Made by a program: the position numbers and the translations under genes. DNA of 63,655 nt, filler included, from Octopus bimaculoides (Eukaryota), in assembly GCF_001194135.2 (NCBI RefSeq). It is 6 parts of 6 records of this genome, joined end to end, with 100 filler letters (N's around TTAATTAATTAA, not from the genome) between each part and the next. Parts side by side here need not be neighbours in the genome. Positions count along the whole stretch, not along the records: positions 8,328 to 39,429 come from NC_068988.1; 5 more parts are not named here. One strand, 5' to 3'. The first letter of the stretch is position 1. Each line of letters opens with the position of its first letter. Under the pieces are notes generated by a model. The model had not been told where the DNA came from, ran no database searches, and saw nothing but the letters and a program-made list of their open reading frames with translations. Positions 13,726 to 27,899 of the stretch are shown in pieces.

Positions 13726-15005
13726 AATATGTATTTCTATTTCATCAGTACTAGAAAGATGACAGAGTTAACATAACAGAATTTGTTATGGTCGGAAAAA
13801 AAATAATAATATTAGTTGATGATTGGTATAGTTTTTTTTTTATTTCTCGTATGTTGTGGTGTAAAATTTTCAGACAGGTAGTGGTTTGTGTTAATTGCCC
13901 AAAATGAATTATAACTTGCAAATGATGCATAAATGTATACATACATATATACATGCATGCATACATGCATACAAACAAACGTACATACATTCATACATAC
14001 ATATATAGTTCGTACATAGTACATACATGTATGCATTCATATATGTATACTTGCATACATGCATACATTCATATATACATATATACGTACATGCATGATA
14101 CATATTTACGTATGTACGTACGTACATACATGGATACCTGCATACGTACTTACATTCATGGATACATACGTACGTACGTGTATGCATGGATACATTCATA
14201 CGTACGTACATACATGGATACATACATACGTACATACATGCATGGATACACACATATNNNNNNNNNNNNNNNNNNNNNNNNNNNNNNNNNNNNNNNNNNN
14301 NNNNNNNNNNNNNNNNNNNNNNNNNNNNNNNNNNNNNNNNNNNNNNNNNNNNNNNNNNNNNNNNNNNNNNNNNNNNNNNNNNNNNNNNNNNNNNNNNNNN
14401 NNNNNNNNNNNNNNNNNNNNNNNNNNNNNNNNNNNNNNNNNNNNNNNNNNNNNNNNNNNNNNNNNNNNNNNNNNNNNNNNNNNNNNNNNNNNNNNNNNNN
14501 NNNNNNNNNNNNNNNNNNNNNNNNNNNNNNNNNNNNNNNNNNNNNNNNNNNNNNNNNNNNNNNNNNNNNNNNNNNNNNNNNNNNNNNNNNNNNNNNNNNN
14601 NNNNNNNNNNNNNNNNNNNNNNNNNNNNNNNNNNNNNNNNNNNNNNNNNNNNNNNNNNNNNNNNNNNNNNNNNNNNNNNNNNNNNNNNNNNNNNNNNNNN
14701 NNNNNNNNNNNNNNNNNNNNNNNNNNNNNNNNNNNNNNNNNNNNNNNNNNNNNNNNNNNNNNNNNNNNNNNNNNNNNNNNNNNNNNNNNNNNNNNNNNNN
14801 NNNNNNNNNNNNNNNNNNNNNNNNNNNNNNNNNNNNNNNNNNNNNNNNNNNNNNNNNNNNNNNNNNNNNNNNNNNNNNNNNNNNNNNNNNNNNNNNNNNN
14901 NNNNNNNNNNNNNNNNNNNNNNNNNNNNNNNNNNNNNNNNNNNNNNNNNNNNNNNNNNNNNNNNNNNNNNNNNNNNNNNNNNNNNNNNNNNNNNNNNNNN
15001 NNNNN

Positions 15006-15037
<32 letters not shown>

Positions 15038-15059
15038 ATGTATGCACATTTTGGATGGG

Positions 15060-16200
15060 TGCTGGCTCTCTTGAGTCCCTTTAACGGGCCTTATCTTTTG
15101 TCCCGCAAGGTGTCCAATAAGTCATCCTCCTTACCAAGCAAGCTTGATGGGGGTTACCGGTTTAGTGGCCAATGGCTCGACCATGCAACAGGTTGTACTG
15201 AGTTACATGTCACTAACAGCGCTCGAGAGTGATCTGACAACACCAGCAAAAAATAAATACATAAACTTCGTGCTGAAAAGCGAAGAGAACAACTTCCTAC
15301 TTATCGAAAGTGACCTCCTCGTCTTTGTCAAGGCTATAGGATGTCATCTTCCTGATGACATCCCATACAGCCACAAAACAATCGGACTAACATACCTCAA
15401 AGAAGACCTGGATGGGAAACGCTCAGCATACCAAAGAAAGATAATGCATGGATGTATTTCCCGAAGACTTGATGAAAACAATAATATCGACATGGAGTGC
15501 AGCCTGTGTAGGTCTTGTGACCGCTATATCAAATCTCAGCTCGAAAGCTACGCAGGAGATTCCTACAAATTTGTAAACAAAAGGAAAGTGAAACCCTTCG
15601 AGCCTCACGATGCAACCGAAAATGTAGCTTATGTCACATTTCTTTGAATGACACCCGACATGTGATTTACACCTGCCCAGAAGTGCTGTCAAGGTACTAC
15701 CTCTCTATGCGACACAACGTTGTCGCTAAAACAATATACAATGTTATTCGAAAAAAGGCTATCCCAGAATAAGCATAGAAAATCCTCTTGTTATTGAATG
15801 CATGCACAAACATCAACACTAGTAATATTAATGGAAATTCCCATCGAAACTTCTGCGAAGTATAGACATAACAAACTGGATATTGTTGAAAGTGTATGTA
15901 CCGTCATAGAGGTCAGCTGCCCTGTTAATGTGAATGTTTTTCGAAAATAAAAGAGAAAGAGAAAAGCTATGGCCAGCTATTATGGTACCTCTAGCTACTA
16001 TATCCCGATTATAAATTCACATTTATAACAATAATAATTGGTGCACTTAGTTTTGTGAGTAAATGCCTAAGTGAAAATCTGGATAAGCTAAGGTTTTCAG
16101 GAAAAGAAATCAGCCAATTAATTCGTACATTACAAATACAATCTCTAAGTGAAACAGAGAAAGTATGTGAGACTTTTCTCAAATTTAAAATGTGACATCG
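15060..16200 (+). mobile_element. Non-LTR retrotransposon 3' part with restriction-like endonuclease (R2/R4/NeSL group), degraded
   Basis: KIMHGCIS..LDENNNID; RHVIYTCPEVLSRYYLSMRHNVVAK (CCHC/RH region); HNKLDIV..CTVIEVSCP (PD..D/E); IIIGALSFV; terminal KFLKM*. Confidence 0.8.
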
Positions 16201-16524
16201 TTTTTATTATCTACATTCCAACGATGGAGTTTTGTATCTTTGCTATAAACCAGCTCCTTTCTAAGAAGAGAACACACACACAAATTGTGGAGCAGGTAAA
16301 ATTCAGACTACATATGTTTCCTAGCTAGATCTTTTCATGTAATAATTACTCATCGAGGAATACTCAGCCGAAGATACCTTAGTTCTATGAAGGTTACGTT
16401 GTCGTTAAGGGATCTCACGTTAACTCCCCGAAGATATAATTTGTTGTCTTTTATACCTACCACGGACTGCTCGAAGCGTACTAACTTCCTACACTTAGAT
16501 CATTGGATCTTATAACTATACGTG

Positions 16525-16563
<39 letters not shown>

Positions 16564-16599
16564 TCTGTCGTTGAGTACTCATTTGCTTAGTTAGATCAT

Positions 16600-18470
16600 T
16601 TGATATAATATTCAATAAAATTCTCAGCTTTAAAAATTAAAAATTAAATGTAGTAAAAATTTCATTGTCTTCTTCATTAACTTTTTCCATATTTTTCTAT
16701 GTAGATTACTAAGCCTTTCTGCAAGAGATAAGGGTAAGATTATAGTAGCAAATGTTTTGTTCTTCAAGTTTCATTTTTAGTCTTGAAATTGACATCTATT
16801 TTTGTGCAGAGTTCCCTTACTTTAGGAAAATTTGATTTGACAAAATTTTGCCGGTAAATATACTATAGAAGTGGTGTCACAAGTCAGTAGTGTAAAAGGT
16901 ACTGTAAATCAATGTCGAAATTCGTTTCCAGATCCACATATTAATGATGTAAAATTCCAGCAAGCATAGACAAGGCAAAACTTCACAGATCAGCTATGGT
17001 ACTCTAATACCTGCAATTTCATTTTGGAACACAAGATTAATTTTATCAAATTCACTCAGTGTAGTCATGTCTCGTAAATGTTGAAGTTCTTCAGCTGTAT
17101 CTGAGTAAATTGCATGTAATTCCTTTGCATAATAGTTATTGTAACTAGAAGTTGCTCTTTGCAAATGTAAATTTTATGCATGCCACTGGCTTACTGTACT
17201 TGTTACACTGTTACTTCCCATTAACTTTCTTGTGACGGAATAAAGAGCCATTTTCTATAATTCTTCCCTATCGTTGATTAATTTATGTATCTTCATGTAA
17301 GATTCTATGAAACCAGTTGTAAGTTCTCTTAACCGGTGAGCAATGTTTAAAAATAATTCTTCGTCAACGTGGGAACATGCTAAATGGAAAGAGTGGCAAG
17401 CAGTTTTTATGAGAATCAGCTTTGGGTTATCTGATGTCATTAACTTATAAAGAGAATTTTTAATGTCACAAAGGTTTGAAACTCTATTGCGACAATGCAA
17501 AAAGTTTTAATAGCAATCCCCATGTCTCTCAATATTTTTGTTTCACAATTTGATATAACACTTCGGCAGGAGTTTTGCAATAATGATTAACACTATAAAG
17601 TGGTATAATTTGATGCAATTTTATTTTATTGCTTATTGTTATATCTAGTATATGCGTATATACTTTTCACAAGCAATATTAATCGACACATCCAAAATTA
17701 AAAGCAGATTATTATTAGTTTTCAGTTTGATCTTTTCGTAAGGAAGGAATATTAATACTCTTATAAGTGCCATGCGTTTTGATCAATGCAGTTTCAAAAC
17801 AACTGCAGTTGATGATAAAATAATTCCTACATGATCGATACTTTGATTACTTGCACGGTAATCTACAAATGCTATTGATTGAAATTCTAATTTTATTATT
17901 TTGCTACTAGGGGAAAACTGTGTGAAATAGTTTATTTAAAATTTGAGTTAATTACGGCAATATTTTCTTGTGCTTATCTAGATGAGTATGCTTTGTTAAA
18001 TTGGTTTTGTGGATTCCTATTTCAACATTGTACACTTAACATAGTTTTATTACTATTGTGTTTTGCTTTTCACTCCCAGTATAAAAATTGATGAACTGTT
18101 GGCTAGACTTTTTGAAACTTTTTAGTACTTTTCTGCTTTCTGATTATATAAATGGGATTTAGCTTTGGTATAACCGAGGTTTGTTCGGAGTTTCGTCATA
18201 TGACTGAGTAACTGGTGTAAAAATCCTAATTATTATACCAGAGAGTCTCTATGTAGTAGCTCCACATGCTAGAAATAGCAACCAAATATCCCTGAACTCA
18301 CACCCTATCGTCTTAAATAGTAGCTTTTTCGGTTGTGTATTTAATTTGATATATATAAATACAGAGGATTCCCTTTTTTTTTCTGGAAAATTTTCGAATG
18401 AAACGCCGGCAGAATTTTCATTTACTGCCGACAAGAAAATTTAGAATGTATAAGCACGGGGAATACACTG
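16600..18470 (-). mobile_element. Degraded hAT-like DNA transposon
   Basis: Minus-strand remnants in order: KLC*VYNVEIGIHKTNLTKHTHLDKHKK (BED-like Zn finger), KLEF..IAFVDYRASNQSIDHVG, LKLH*SK.MALI, LLILDVS (catalytic D region), CHSFHLACSH (CxxH motif). A possible terminus CAGTGTATTCCCC lies at 18470. The left boundary is uncertain. Confidence 0.7.
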
Positions 18471-18773
18471 GATTGCTTCGTGCTTATATGTTTAATCTTG
18501 GTGTACCTGCTGACGAAGACTTCGCCTAACAAATTACTTTATTTGCTAAAAAAAAGTCTGAAACCATGGTCCAGGAGATAGAAATTTATACCTAATAGTG
18601 GTTTGGATTTTAGCTGTTCCTTCTAGCGTGCAAGGAATCCTATGATGGATACCGCTTATGTGTTTAAATGTACACTGTATTTATATGAATAATATGTCGT
18701 CTATTGACTAAATTTTCTTACACGCTAGGCCACTGGTAGTAGAAATTTCCAATATTTCTTATTAGCCTGATAT

Positions 18774-18831
<58 letters not shown>

Positions 18832-19319
18832 GATATAGATAGATATAGCTAGATAGACATAAATAAACTGATAGATAGATAAACGCACACACGCATATGT
18901 GTGAGCGCGTGCGTGCACGTGTATTTATGTGTGTATGTACATTATATATATTATGTATATTTTATATATAAAACTCCATATCCAGAGAGTCTCGGTTTCG
19001 ATCCCACTACGCGGCATTTTGGCTATATGTCGTTTTTCTGTAGCCAAGATTTGACCGTTACACTTTGCACGAAATCGAGTTATCGGAAACTAGAGAAGAT
19101 CATCAGATGAATTGGACTTATAATTCAAAGAAACAACCTTATCCAACATTCTGTGACTGATTCTGTCAGAGAATAACGTTAAAAGTAGTCGTGTCTTTGG
19201 AATCTTCAGCCACTGACACTTTAATTCGATGTAATCGAATTGGAAGTAATTAAATTGATCGAACAGCTGAATCTCATCGTTGAACGACGGAGAACCATAA
19301 ACGTACGTATATGTATGTA

Positions 19320-19510
19320 CTAGTGGGTGCTGAAAAGTTCCTGGCTTTAGGTAATAGAAAATACAGGAAGATCAGTTTATTATGATTTTACGCATTTATT
19401 GCAGCGGTCCTTCAGCTTTTCTAAGCTCTGTAAAAGATCTTGGACGATTGGGCTTCCTTCTAGGCCTTTCACGTTATCCTTAAAGCAAGGAACTCTTCAG
19501 CACCCCCTCG
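19320..19510. mobile_element. Mariner-derived MITE
   Basis: TA|CTAGTGGGTGCTGAAAAGTTCCTGGCTTTA ... TAAAGCAAGGAACTCTTCAGCACCCCCTCG|TA: about 30-bp imperfect TIRs with TA flanks, about 190 bp long, non-coding. Confidence 0.8.
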
Positions 19511-21699
19511 TATGTTCTCTTCAGTTATTTTTATATTTAAATTCTTCCTCTGAAGAAGGAACGGGTTTCTAAAAAAGACACAAAACTCCATCGTTGGTAT
19601 GTAGATAACAAAACAATGTCACACTTAAAACTTGAGGAAAGTTTTGCATATTTTTACAGTTCCACTCACAGGTTATGTTTGTAATGTGCAAGTTAGCTGG
19701 TTGATTTCCTTTTCTGAAAATACTAGCTTATTCAGATTGTCACTAATGCATTTACTCACATCATGTATGTATGTATGTATGTATGTATGTAGGTGTAGTG
19801 CGTGTGTGTATGTATGTATATACGTATGCATGTATGTACGTGAGTATGTATGTATACACGCACGTATCTATCTATGTTTATGTATGTATGTATGTATGTT
19901 GATTGAATTGAAGTTAATCATCCAACAATTCAGTTAGCAACCCTGGTGTTCCAAGTTCAAACTCCGTTGGGATTTCATATCGCAGAACTTTTTAGCTGAA
20001 TATGAATAAATAATTATATTTCTTTGTATCATTTTCAATTTAGTTTAATCACCATCGTTTCTCACCCTCCCTTCCACCCACTCTCTGTTTCTGTCTGTAC
20101 GCGCGCGCGCGCATACCGTTTGTATATGTGCGTATGGGCATATCTATTGTATAAAAATATGTATGCATATATGTATCTCTTTCTCTTTCTTTGTCGTTCT
20201 CTCTTTCTCTACACACAGGCGCGCGCATACACACACATATATAACACAGATAATCTTTTAAAATATTTACTAGCTTTATTACAGACATATACATGTGAGA
20301 ACCCTACTATGCGTCTACGTGAACAATAGTTATTAATTAAACAAAACCTGTTATTTCAAATGTCACAATCGTATATCCTTCGGGATCATATCAAAGTGTA
20401 ACCGGCAATCGTAAAGTTCGCGATGTGTTCTCGATTCTACACGTGTCTGCGGAGTGCTCAGCCACTTGCACGTTAATTTAACGAGCAGGCTGTGTCTGAA
20501 AAAAAAAACGAAAAAGAGGAAAAGACTGGGTTGTTACGACCAAAATGCTTTGGTTTATTCGATTAATGTTGACGTGAAACTAAATACTCTCTCAAAACAT
20601 TGTAATTATACACCATGGCGGGGATGGAGATTGTCTGACCGGTTGTAACTAAGACGTTTAGCTCCAGAAAACCCTTAAGGTTCAAACCTACAACTGAAGG
20701 AGTTCCAGACATATGTTCTCCCTCTTTTAAGGTTATTTAGGACTACATTGGTTAATATGTCATTTTCTTAAGAGGATAGTGTGTTGAAAAACATTTCATT
20801 GTTACTTTTAGTAGATTAAACAACCATGTAGAGGCTCGAATGTAAATGGATGGTAGAATCTACCATCAGTTGACTGTACCAAATGTTGGCACAGCTGCAA
20901 ATATATACCATATGAGAATACATCTCACTTAACTATTAGTAAGTACCATGTTGTAAATAGGTAAATAGATACTATATGGTGGTACAATCCATTTAATTAT
21001 AAATAAATGTCACTTAGAGGCGCAGGCCACCGAAGTGTAGACAGGTGATTTGTGGAGATATAATCCACCTGACTGGAAACAGGTGCCATTAGAGGTCGCA
21101 GTTCCCGGTAAATGGGTACTATGGGGTGATAGAGTCCATGTAACTGTGAGCGGTAGAAATGGAATATAAAATTATGTGTTCTTCATTATATACTATGGTG
21201 AACTCGAACAACACCTTAATTATAGCTAGGGTACCGTAATTAGGATCCATCAGACTGAATTCTAGGTAAAACAAATAAGTTGAGGTGTCTAAGTAAAGAT
21301 TTCTATGACAAAACTGTGATCTTGAATCAGAAAGGAGGCGCACAACTCGGTTCTGCACTGCACAAAATGATGGACTAACGTATATGGTTGGCCGAGACAG
21401 GTAACACCTCTTACTTGCAATATTTTCTTTTAACAATGGAGATTGTCTTAACCATGGACATTTGATATTAATATCTTCAAAAATGTTTGCACATATGAAA
21501 CAGCGTCGTAATATTTGATGATTGCACATGTACTAGGGCATGACATTGATGGTCTCACTTTTGTGACATTTTCATCAGTTACACCTATATGCATATATGT
21601 TCACTCAAACACACTACATGCATATACACACACTGATATATAATTCAATTATATACACAAGCATATAGTGCTGAAAGCATGATTGCATATTAGGCTTAT

Positions 21700-22830
21700 G
21701 TTTTTATCGAAATTTTTCTGTTATTTCTTTCAGCGGTTTAGAATAATGACCACAAATTTTCATCATCAACGTTTCAAGGCATCATCTTCTGAATGATGTG
21801 AAATTGGTGTGTGTTTATAGTAATTACAGCCAATGAGGTTGGTACAATCATTATTATCGGAATTTGAAATTTTTAATGTTATGCTTTTACATTATCAGTT
21901 AGGTGTTTATTTCTACTTGTGAGTGGACGTTAACTGTGTATTCGTTTTAGCATAGTACTCTGCTGTAAGTATTGATTCCATAATTTATTGTTACTTTTGT
22001 ATGGGGCATTAGATAGAACAGAAGTGTTATTTATTGTTTACCCATCAGTTATGTCTTGTATTGCTATTATTCCTTGTAAGTATACGGTGAGCAGGTAGGA
22101 CAGCGTTATACTCGTACGGCCAACATATACAGATGTCGCAAAGACACAATATTTCATTTTTTTTATTCAGTAGCTGTACTTCTCGAGTTTGGCTGACAAA
22201 GTTTTACTGTAAGCATAACATATAACTTTTTTCTTAACTGGTGTACAGGAGCGCAATATATAGTATGCTCCAAGATGTAAGAGCGTTTTCAATTACACTG
22301 TTCCTTATTTTCCAGACAACTTCTGACACAGGTGATGACTCTTTTACTGTATCCGAAAAATCATGTGTACTCTTTGAATCTGCTTTTAAAAGGATGTTCT
22401 GTGAGTTCACTATAGTTTCTCTGAACGCTTAGCATCGTGTTTGGTGTTATAATGGTACTACATAAAGAGGGAAGTTCTTGGCGGACATTGAGTATTGTCT
22501 GTTGGAAGGGCCCCAGAAAGTATATAGCTGGCTAATCCTGTTTTCAATTTCATTGACAGCGCCTACCCTGATCGAAAAGCACTATGAAGAAAGCCATTCC
22601 AGCCGTTACCTTCTTGTCTTTTTCAAGGAAGTTTATCTCGGACTACATTGTATAATGCATCCTATTTTAAAGGATACATTAGATAATGTAGAATATGATA
22701 TGATACGTTAGCGATATAACTGCTATTTCTATAAAATCGTACAGACACTTAGAGATATTCTTGTTAGTTTGGTGAAAGTGCTAGTGAATAATTGGGATGC
22801 ATATAATGGATGCTACCTCTCGTCAAAATA
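21700..22830 (-). mobile_element. Penelope-like element 3' part (GIY-YIG endonuclease relic plus tail)
   Basis: RNYSELTEHPFKSRF (YIG.TE..FK.R), SEVVWKIR, SWSIL, LCL..K, LNKK.EI..LC: the characteristic PLE GIY-YIG layout, with frameshifts. A hammerhead-like relic lies at the 3' end. Confidence 0.72.
21761..21798 (-). ncRNA. Hammerhead relic at the 3' end of the Penelope-like element
   Basis: Minus strand: CAUCAUU-CAGAAGA-ugaugccuu-GAAA-CG-UU-GAUGAUG. 7-bp stem I and an ACGU stem III; core U4->A and stem II disrupted. Confidence 0.4.
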
Positions 22831-23090
22831 TGTAGCCTTGTGCTCTGTTAGAAATCATTATTTTTAAAGAAAGTGGAAAACTCGTCTGTCGCTTAAATAT
22901 AATCAATAATGTTTTCTGACATCAGTGACATATACAAGAACAAGCTTTTGCAAATCAACAAATATATTAGTTGGAGAACCTTTCATATATAACAAACATT
23001 TGAAAAGATTACACGATCAACGCCCAGATATCAACCACATAAAAAAATCGAAGCAAATGGATGGTTTTAGAAAGATAAATTATGTATATT

Positions 23091-23134
<44 letters not shown>

Positions 23135-24182
23135 GTTATAGGAAAGTTTGTTTTTTATCTAATGAGGTTAACATTTAGAAGTAGCTTAACACAGTCATAT
23201 GACTAATACTCCAGAAGAATTAATAATTCACAAGAATTTATAAATACTTACGACCCACCCATAACCTATAGCGATATGCGAACGTTTGATGAGTCGAAAA
23301 AATGCCCTAGTTTCGATTTTCGCTTATTTTGCTTATGCTTTTGTAAGTGGCACTAGGAGATTCTGGTCTAAGATATAGGACCATTTTTCCTATGTTTATT
23401 GGTTCCTGCCATTGGGCAGTGGAAACGTTGAGACACCAGCTTCAAATGTCATAGACGTTGATACAGGCCCCAGCATTTATTTAAGTCAGCCACTTATGTT
23501 ATTGATTTCGGTTTACCAAACGAATAAGTAAACTTTCTGACATAAAAGTACATAACACGATACACCAATTCATGCCAGTACGGCCAGACAGTGTACTAAC
23601 ATAAGTTGATTATATATATAACGGGTCTCTGTAGTTTCCGTTCAAGAAATTTAACTCGGGAATCATTGGTCAACCAATAGAAGGCACTTACTTGTCCAAA
23701 ACACCACACAGTAGTGGCAAAATAGCAAACTTCTTACCCTCATGGCTATTACATTTTATTATTTTTTGACGTTCTTTAATAAATTAATCAACCATAAATT
23801 GTGTGTCAGTCACTGACAATATAGTTAATTTACTATTATAATACTTAATGCAATAAGCATCATAAATATTAATAGAAATACTTAGGTGATGAGGAAAGCA
23901 CAGCACATCTATAACTCAATGGCCAGTATTAGTATAATTAGTTTGGCAAATATGACTGACAAATCAAGATATGTTTGGTCTTGATAGACATTTTAGGTAA
24001 GGCACAAACTTCACAAACTTAATGTTGAAGTAATGACGCGAAGATGAATAAATAACTATATAATAGGCGTGAAAGTGAAACATATTATAAAATAAATACA
24101 CGAATTATATTCCTATGTATCAGAAAATTCTATGTATTAGATAATCTCTCTCTATATATAAAACTGAGAATGTCTCTGTGTG

Positions 24183-24478
24183 TCATCATCATCATCATCA
24201 TCATCGTTTAACGTCCGCCTTCCATGCTAGCATGGGTTGGACGATTTGACTGAGGACTGGTGAAACCGGATGGCAACACCAGGCTCCAATCTAATTTGGC
24301 AGAGTTTCTACAGCTGGATGCCCTTCCTAACGCCAACCACTCAGAGAGTGTAGTGGGTGCTTTTACGTGTCACCCGCACGAAAACGGCCACGCTCGAAAT
24401 GGTGTCTTTTATGTGCCACCCGCACAAGAGCCAGTCCAGGGGCACTGGCAACGATCTCACTCGAAAACCCTACAAAGG
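24183..24478 (-). mobile_element. Retroposon-like repeat with (GAT)n tail
   Basis: (CAT)n followed by CGTTTAACGTCCGCCTTCCATGCTAGCATGGGTTGGACG...GGATGCCCTTCCTAACGCCAACC; appears inserted into another repeat and is cut by a gap. Confidence 0.55.
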
Positions 24479-27400
24479 NNNNNNNNNNNNNNNNNNNNNN
24501 NNNNNNNNNNNNNNNNNNNNNNNNNNNNNNNNNNNNNNNNNNNNNNNNNNNNNNNNNNNNNNNNNNNNNNNNNNNNNNNNNNNNNNNNNNNNNNNNNNNN
24601 NNNNNNNNNNNNNNNNNNNNNNNNNNNNNNNNNNNNNNNNNNNNNNNNNNNNNNNNNNNNNNNNNNNNNNNNNNNNNNNNNNNNNNNNNNNNNNNNNNNN
24701 NNNNNNNNNNNNNNNNNNNNNNNNTGTGTGTGTGTGTGTGTGTGTGTGTCTGTATGTGTGCATCACTAAAACTCGAGAACTACACAACTGATTTCGTTAA
24801 AAATTTTACATGCCTCAGAGGCACACTAAGCAGGGATGGTTAAGATAATGTTGTCTGTAATTATGTTTAACACGTTCGTATAGGTACAGGCATAGAAATA
24901 CCTTCGCTCCAGACACTGTCTCAGAGAGAAACTCTCCTTATAGACAATTTATGAAAACACACGGCACCAGGCTATGAATGACGTCATCACGTTACATGGT
25001 ACATGTTTTTTTAATATTTTTCATATGTTGGTATGGTTCATATAGAGAGTATATCTGATCTACGCGGCAGCTGTGTAACTAGTGCATAGAGTGACTGTAA
25101 ATGATCCTTGTTACTATATACGGTTCAAGTAAAGACTATCTACATGATGTCAAATGTACGAAAGGTAAAACTCTCTTCTTCAGAGGACACCAGGTTAATC
25201 TATTTACAGGTGATTCAACTAGAAATGTGTGACTTATTAAATATGAAAATAGTGTTAGTGACGGGTAGAAATCACACTCAAGCTTAGATATCTACTACTT
25301 CATATAATCAACTTACTACAGTTCCATGAATATACAGTTCTATGAAATTGACAAGAGTATGACGTGGAGTTTTTGAGTGTGCTTGTATCATGAGAGAAAC
25401 TCTCACACCGAGGCTCTAGTTTTAACTCTGTTCTTACAGCTGTGACGTGAACTCGAAAATCAACTTCACAAGGTAAAATAACTTGACAATGAAGCGAGCT
25501 GTAAACTTGTAATGACTCTTGAGAAGAAAGAGAAGTCCTCAAGACCTTTGCAGTCCTACCCAGGCTGGCGAAGTCAATGAAATTGCTTCTCAATTTGAAC
25601 TTCTAGAAGAAAGAAACGCGAGCACTGAAGGAACACCAAAGAATTTCGGTTCTGGGTTAAATGTTTAGTCTGGGGGTTCTAGAGTAAGAAACATAATGAA
25701 TAACTGTGAGTTGAGAAACGGCTGCGTTGAGTGAGGTTAGATAGAAGCGGTGCCCAGTTTGCTGTTCTGAGGGCCAGAAGCAATTTTTGTATCATAAAAG
25801 AGACAGAAGACACAGCATATCTGTGATCAGATGACTATAGAATGTTGGCAAATGAGTTCCTGTCAATCAGATAAAGGGCCTTTACTTTTGATGCTAAAAT
25901 AGATGCCCACAAGTATTGTATAGCAACGGTAGCAATATCATCCCACGTATGAAAGCAGCATTTTAATATCGATCTTTTTTTAGCTTTCTTGAGGGTCATT
26001 AGGACCTATGTAATGAATGTCATGCAATTTATCATCTGTTATTTTTAGCCTTTTTTATACTCTACTTCAATCTGCAGTGATACATGTATTTACTGACACG
26101 CCTGTAGAGATTCATGACTTTGTAATTGATTAGAAATAGTGATGATACTTAAAACTGCTTGAGGAAACTTACACTAACATTATTTAATTAATCAATTACG
26201 TATGCAAATGAAAATATTTTTATTAACCATAATTTTTAGGGGATGAATTATTTTTGTTTTTTCATATTACAACTACAGTGCTGCAAGCAGGCAGAATCGT
26301 TAGCACACCGGTCAAAATGATCAGCGGTATATCGTCCCGACCAGGTAAACATTGCTTGTCATCATTTCGGAGTCGATAAAATAGTACCAGTTGATTACCG
26401 GGATCGGTGTAATCGACTTGGCCCCTCCCCTCAAACTGCTGGTCTTATACCAAAATTTGAAAACAATATTTATATCTACACTATGAACGATTTGATCTCC
26501 GATCATTGACAGGTGTCTTATAACTGGACATGTAGATAGTTCAGACTGGGCTGGAACTAGGAACCGTTATTTCTAAGGTAAAGGTAATGTCCAATGATCC
26601 ACGTACGCATTGCACATGCATCAGAAACTTAAAGGGTGATAAATTAGTGCCTTAAAATTAAATTGACCAAAACGTAATAAATACTGGTTTCAAATTTTGA
26701 CACAAGGCCAGCAATTTACGGAACGAGTAAGTCGATTTCATCAACCTCAGTATTTGACCCCGAAAAGAGGAAAAACAAAGTCAACTCCGGTGGCATTTTA
26801 ACTCAGAACATAAAGTCGGAAGAAATGCCGCAAGTAACGATTCTGCCGCTCACCGCTTTAAACGTGGTAGATTTTGATTTTAAATTTTGGCACAAGGCCA
26901 GCAATTTCAGGGAAAGGAGTAATTCAATTACATCGACCCCAGTGTTCATCTGATACTTAGTTTATCGACCTTGAATGGATAAAAGGCAAAAATCAACCGC
27001 GGCAGCATTTGAACTGAGAACGTAAAATCGGAAGAAATGCCGCTAAGCATTTTTCTAGCGCTTTAATGTGGTAAATATTAAAACAGAAAAGAGATACTTT
27101 TAGTTACAGTATTTAATCACGTAATTTGGCGTATTAAGTTAAAATTCTGTCGAGGTCGATCCTGAGGTTGATAAATTTGAGAACTAGGGTAGATTGTATC
27201 AAGTTAGGGGTCCTGTGTCAATGAAGAACTCAAAATTCATAAATAACCACGAAAATTGTCTGAAGCTAAAAAAAAAAAGATCCTCAAGAAAGGCCCGCTT
27301 TGTAAAATTCTACATTTCTTACCACCTTACAAAGGCACCGGAAGGACACAAATCGCAGAGCAGTGGTCTAAATGTCCTTCAGTACTTAGTTATATCTTAT

Positions 27401-27899
27401 ATCTTGAGATGAAACTTCACTTGGGTGTGTCGATTTCCCTTTCATTCTCTTAGATGATGTGTCAATAAAATTAAGTATTAGTCATGTTGAATAAAGGAGC
27501 AATAATTCTCTCTCTCCGAGGATTTATAACCTTGTATCAATGAGAATAAAAAAGATCAATATGTTACACCCCTTTAATTTCCGAGTTCAAATCTCACCAG
27601 AGTTAATTACCTTACATCTGTATCAGATCGATAACATTAAATATCAGCCAAAACAATGAAAATCAATATAATCAATGAAAGTTCATTCTTAAAGTCTTCT
27701 GGTACCAAAGTGGGGAAATCAATATTCTATCCATCCATCCATCTAGCTTTCCGGCCCACAATTCCATGGGTCTCTTCCGTAGGCTCCTATCAGAAGCAAC
27801 CGTCATTAGTCTTTCCATTTTCTATCCTTCGGATCTTAGGTAAAGGGTCCACTCGAAAAGTATATTGCAGCCTCCACTCAGTGCCGCTACAACACTGTT

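Noticed and set aside
19545-19590. Additional hammerhead (CTGAAGA-AGGAAC/GTTTCT)
   Set aside because: Lacks GAAAC and a stem I partner.
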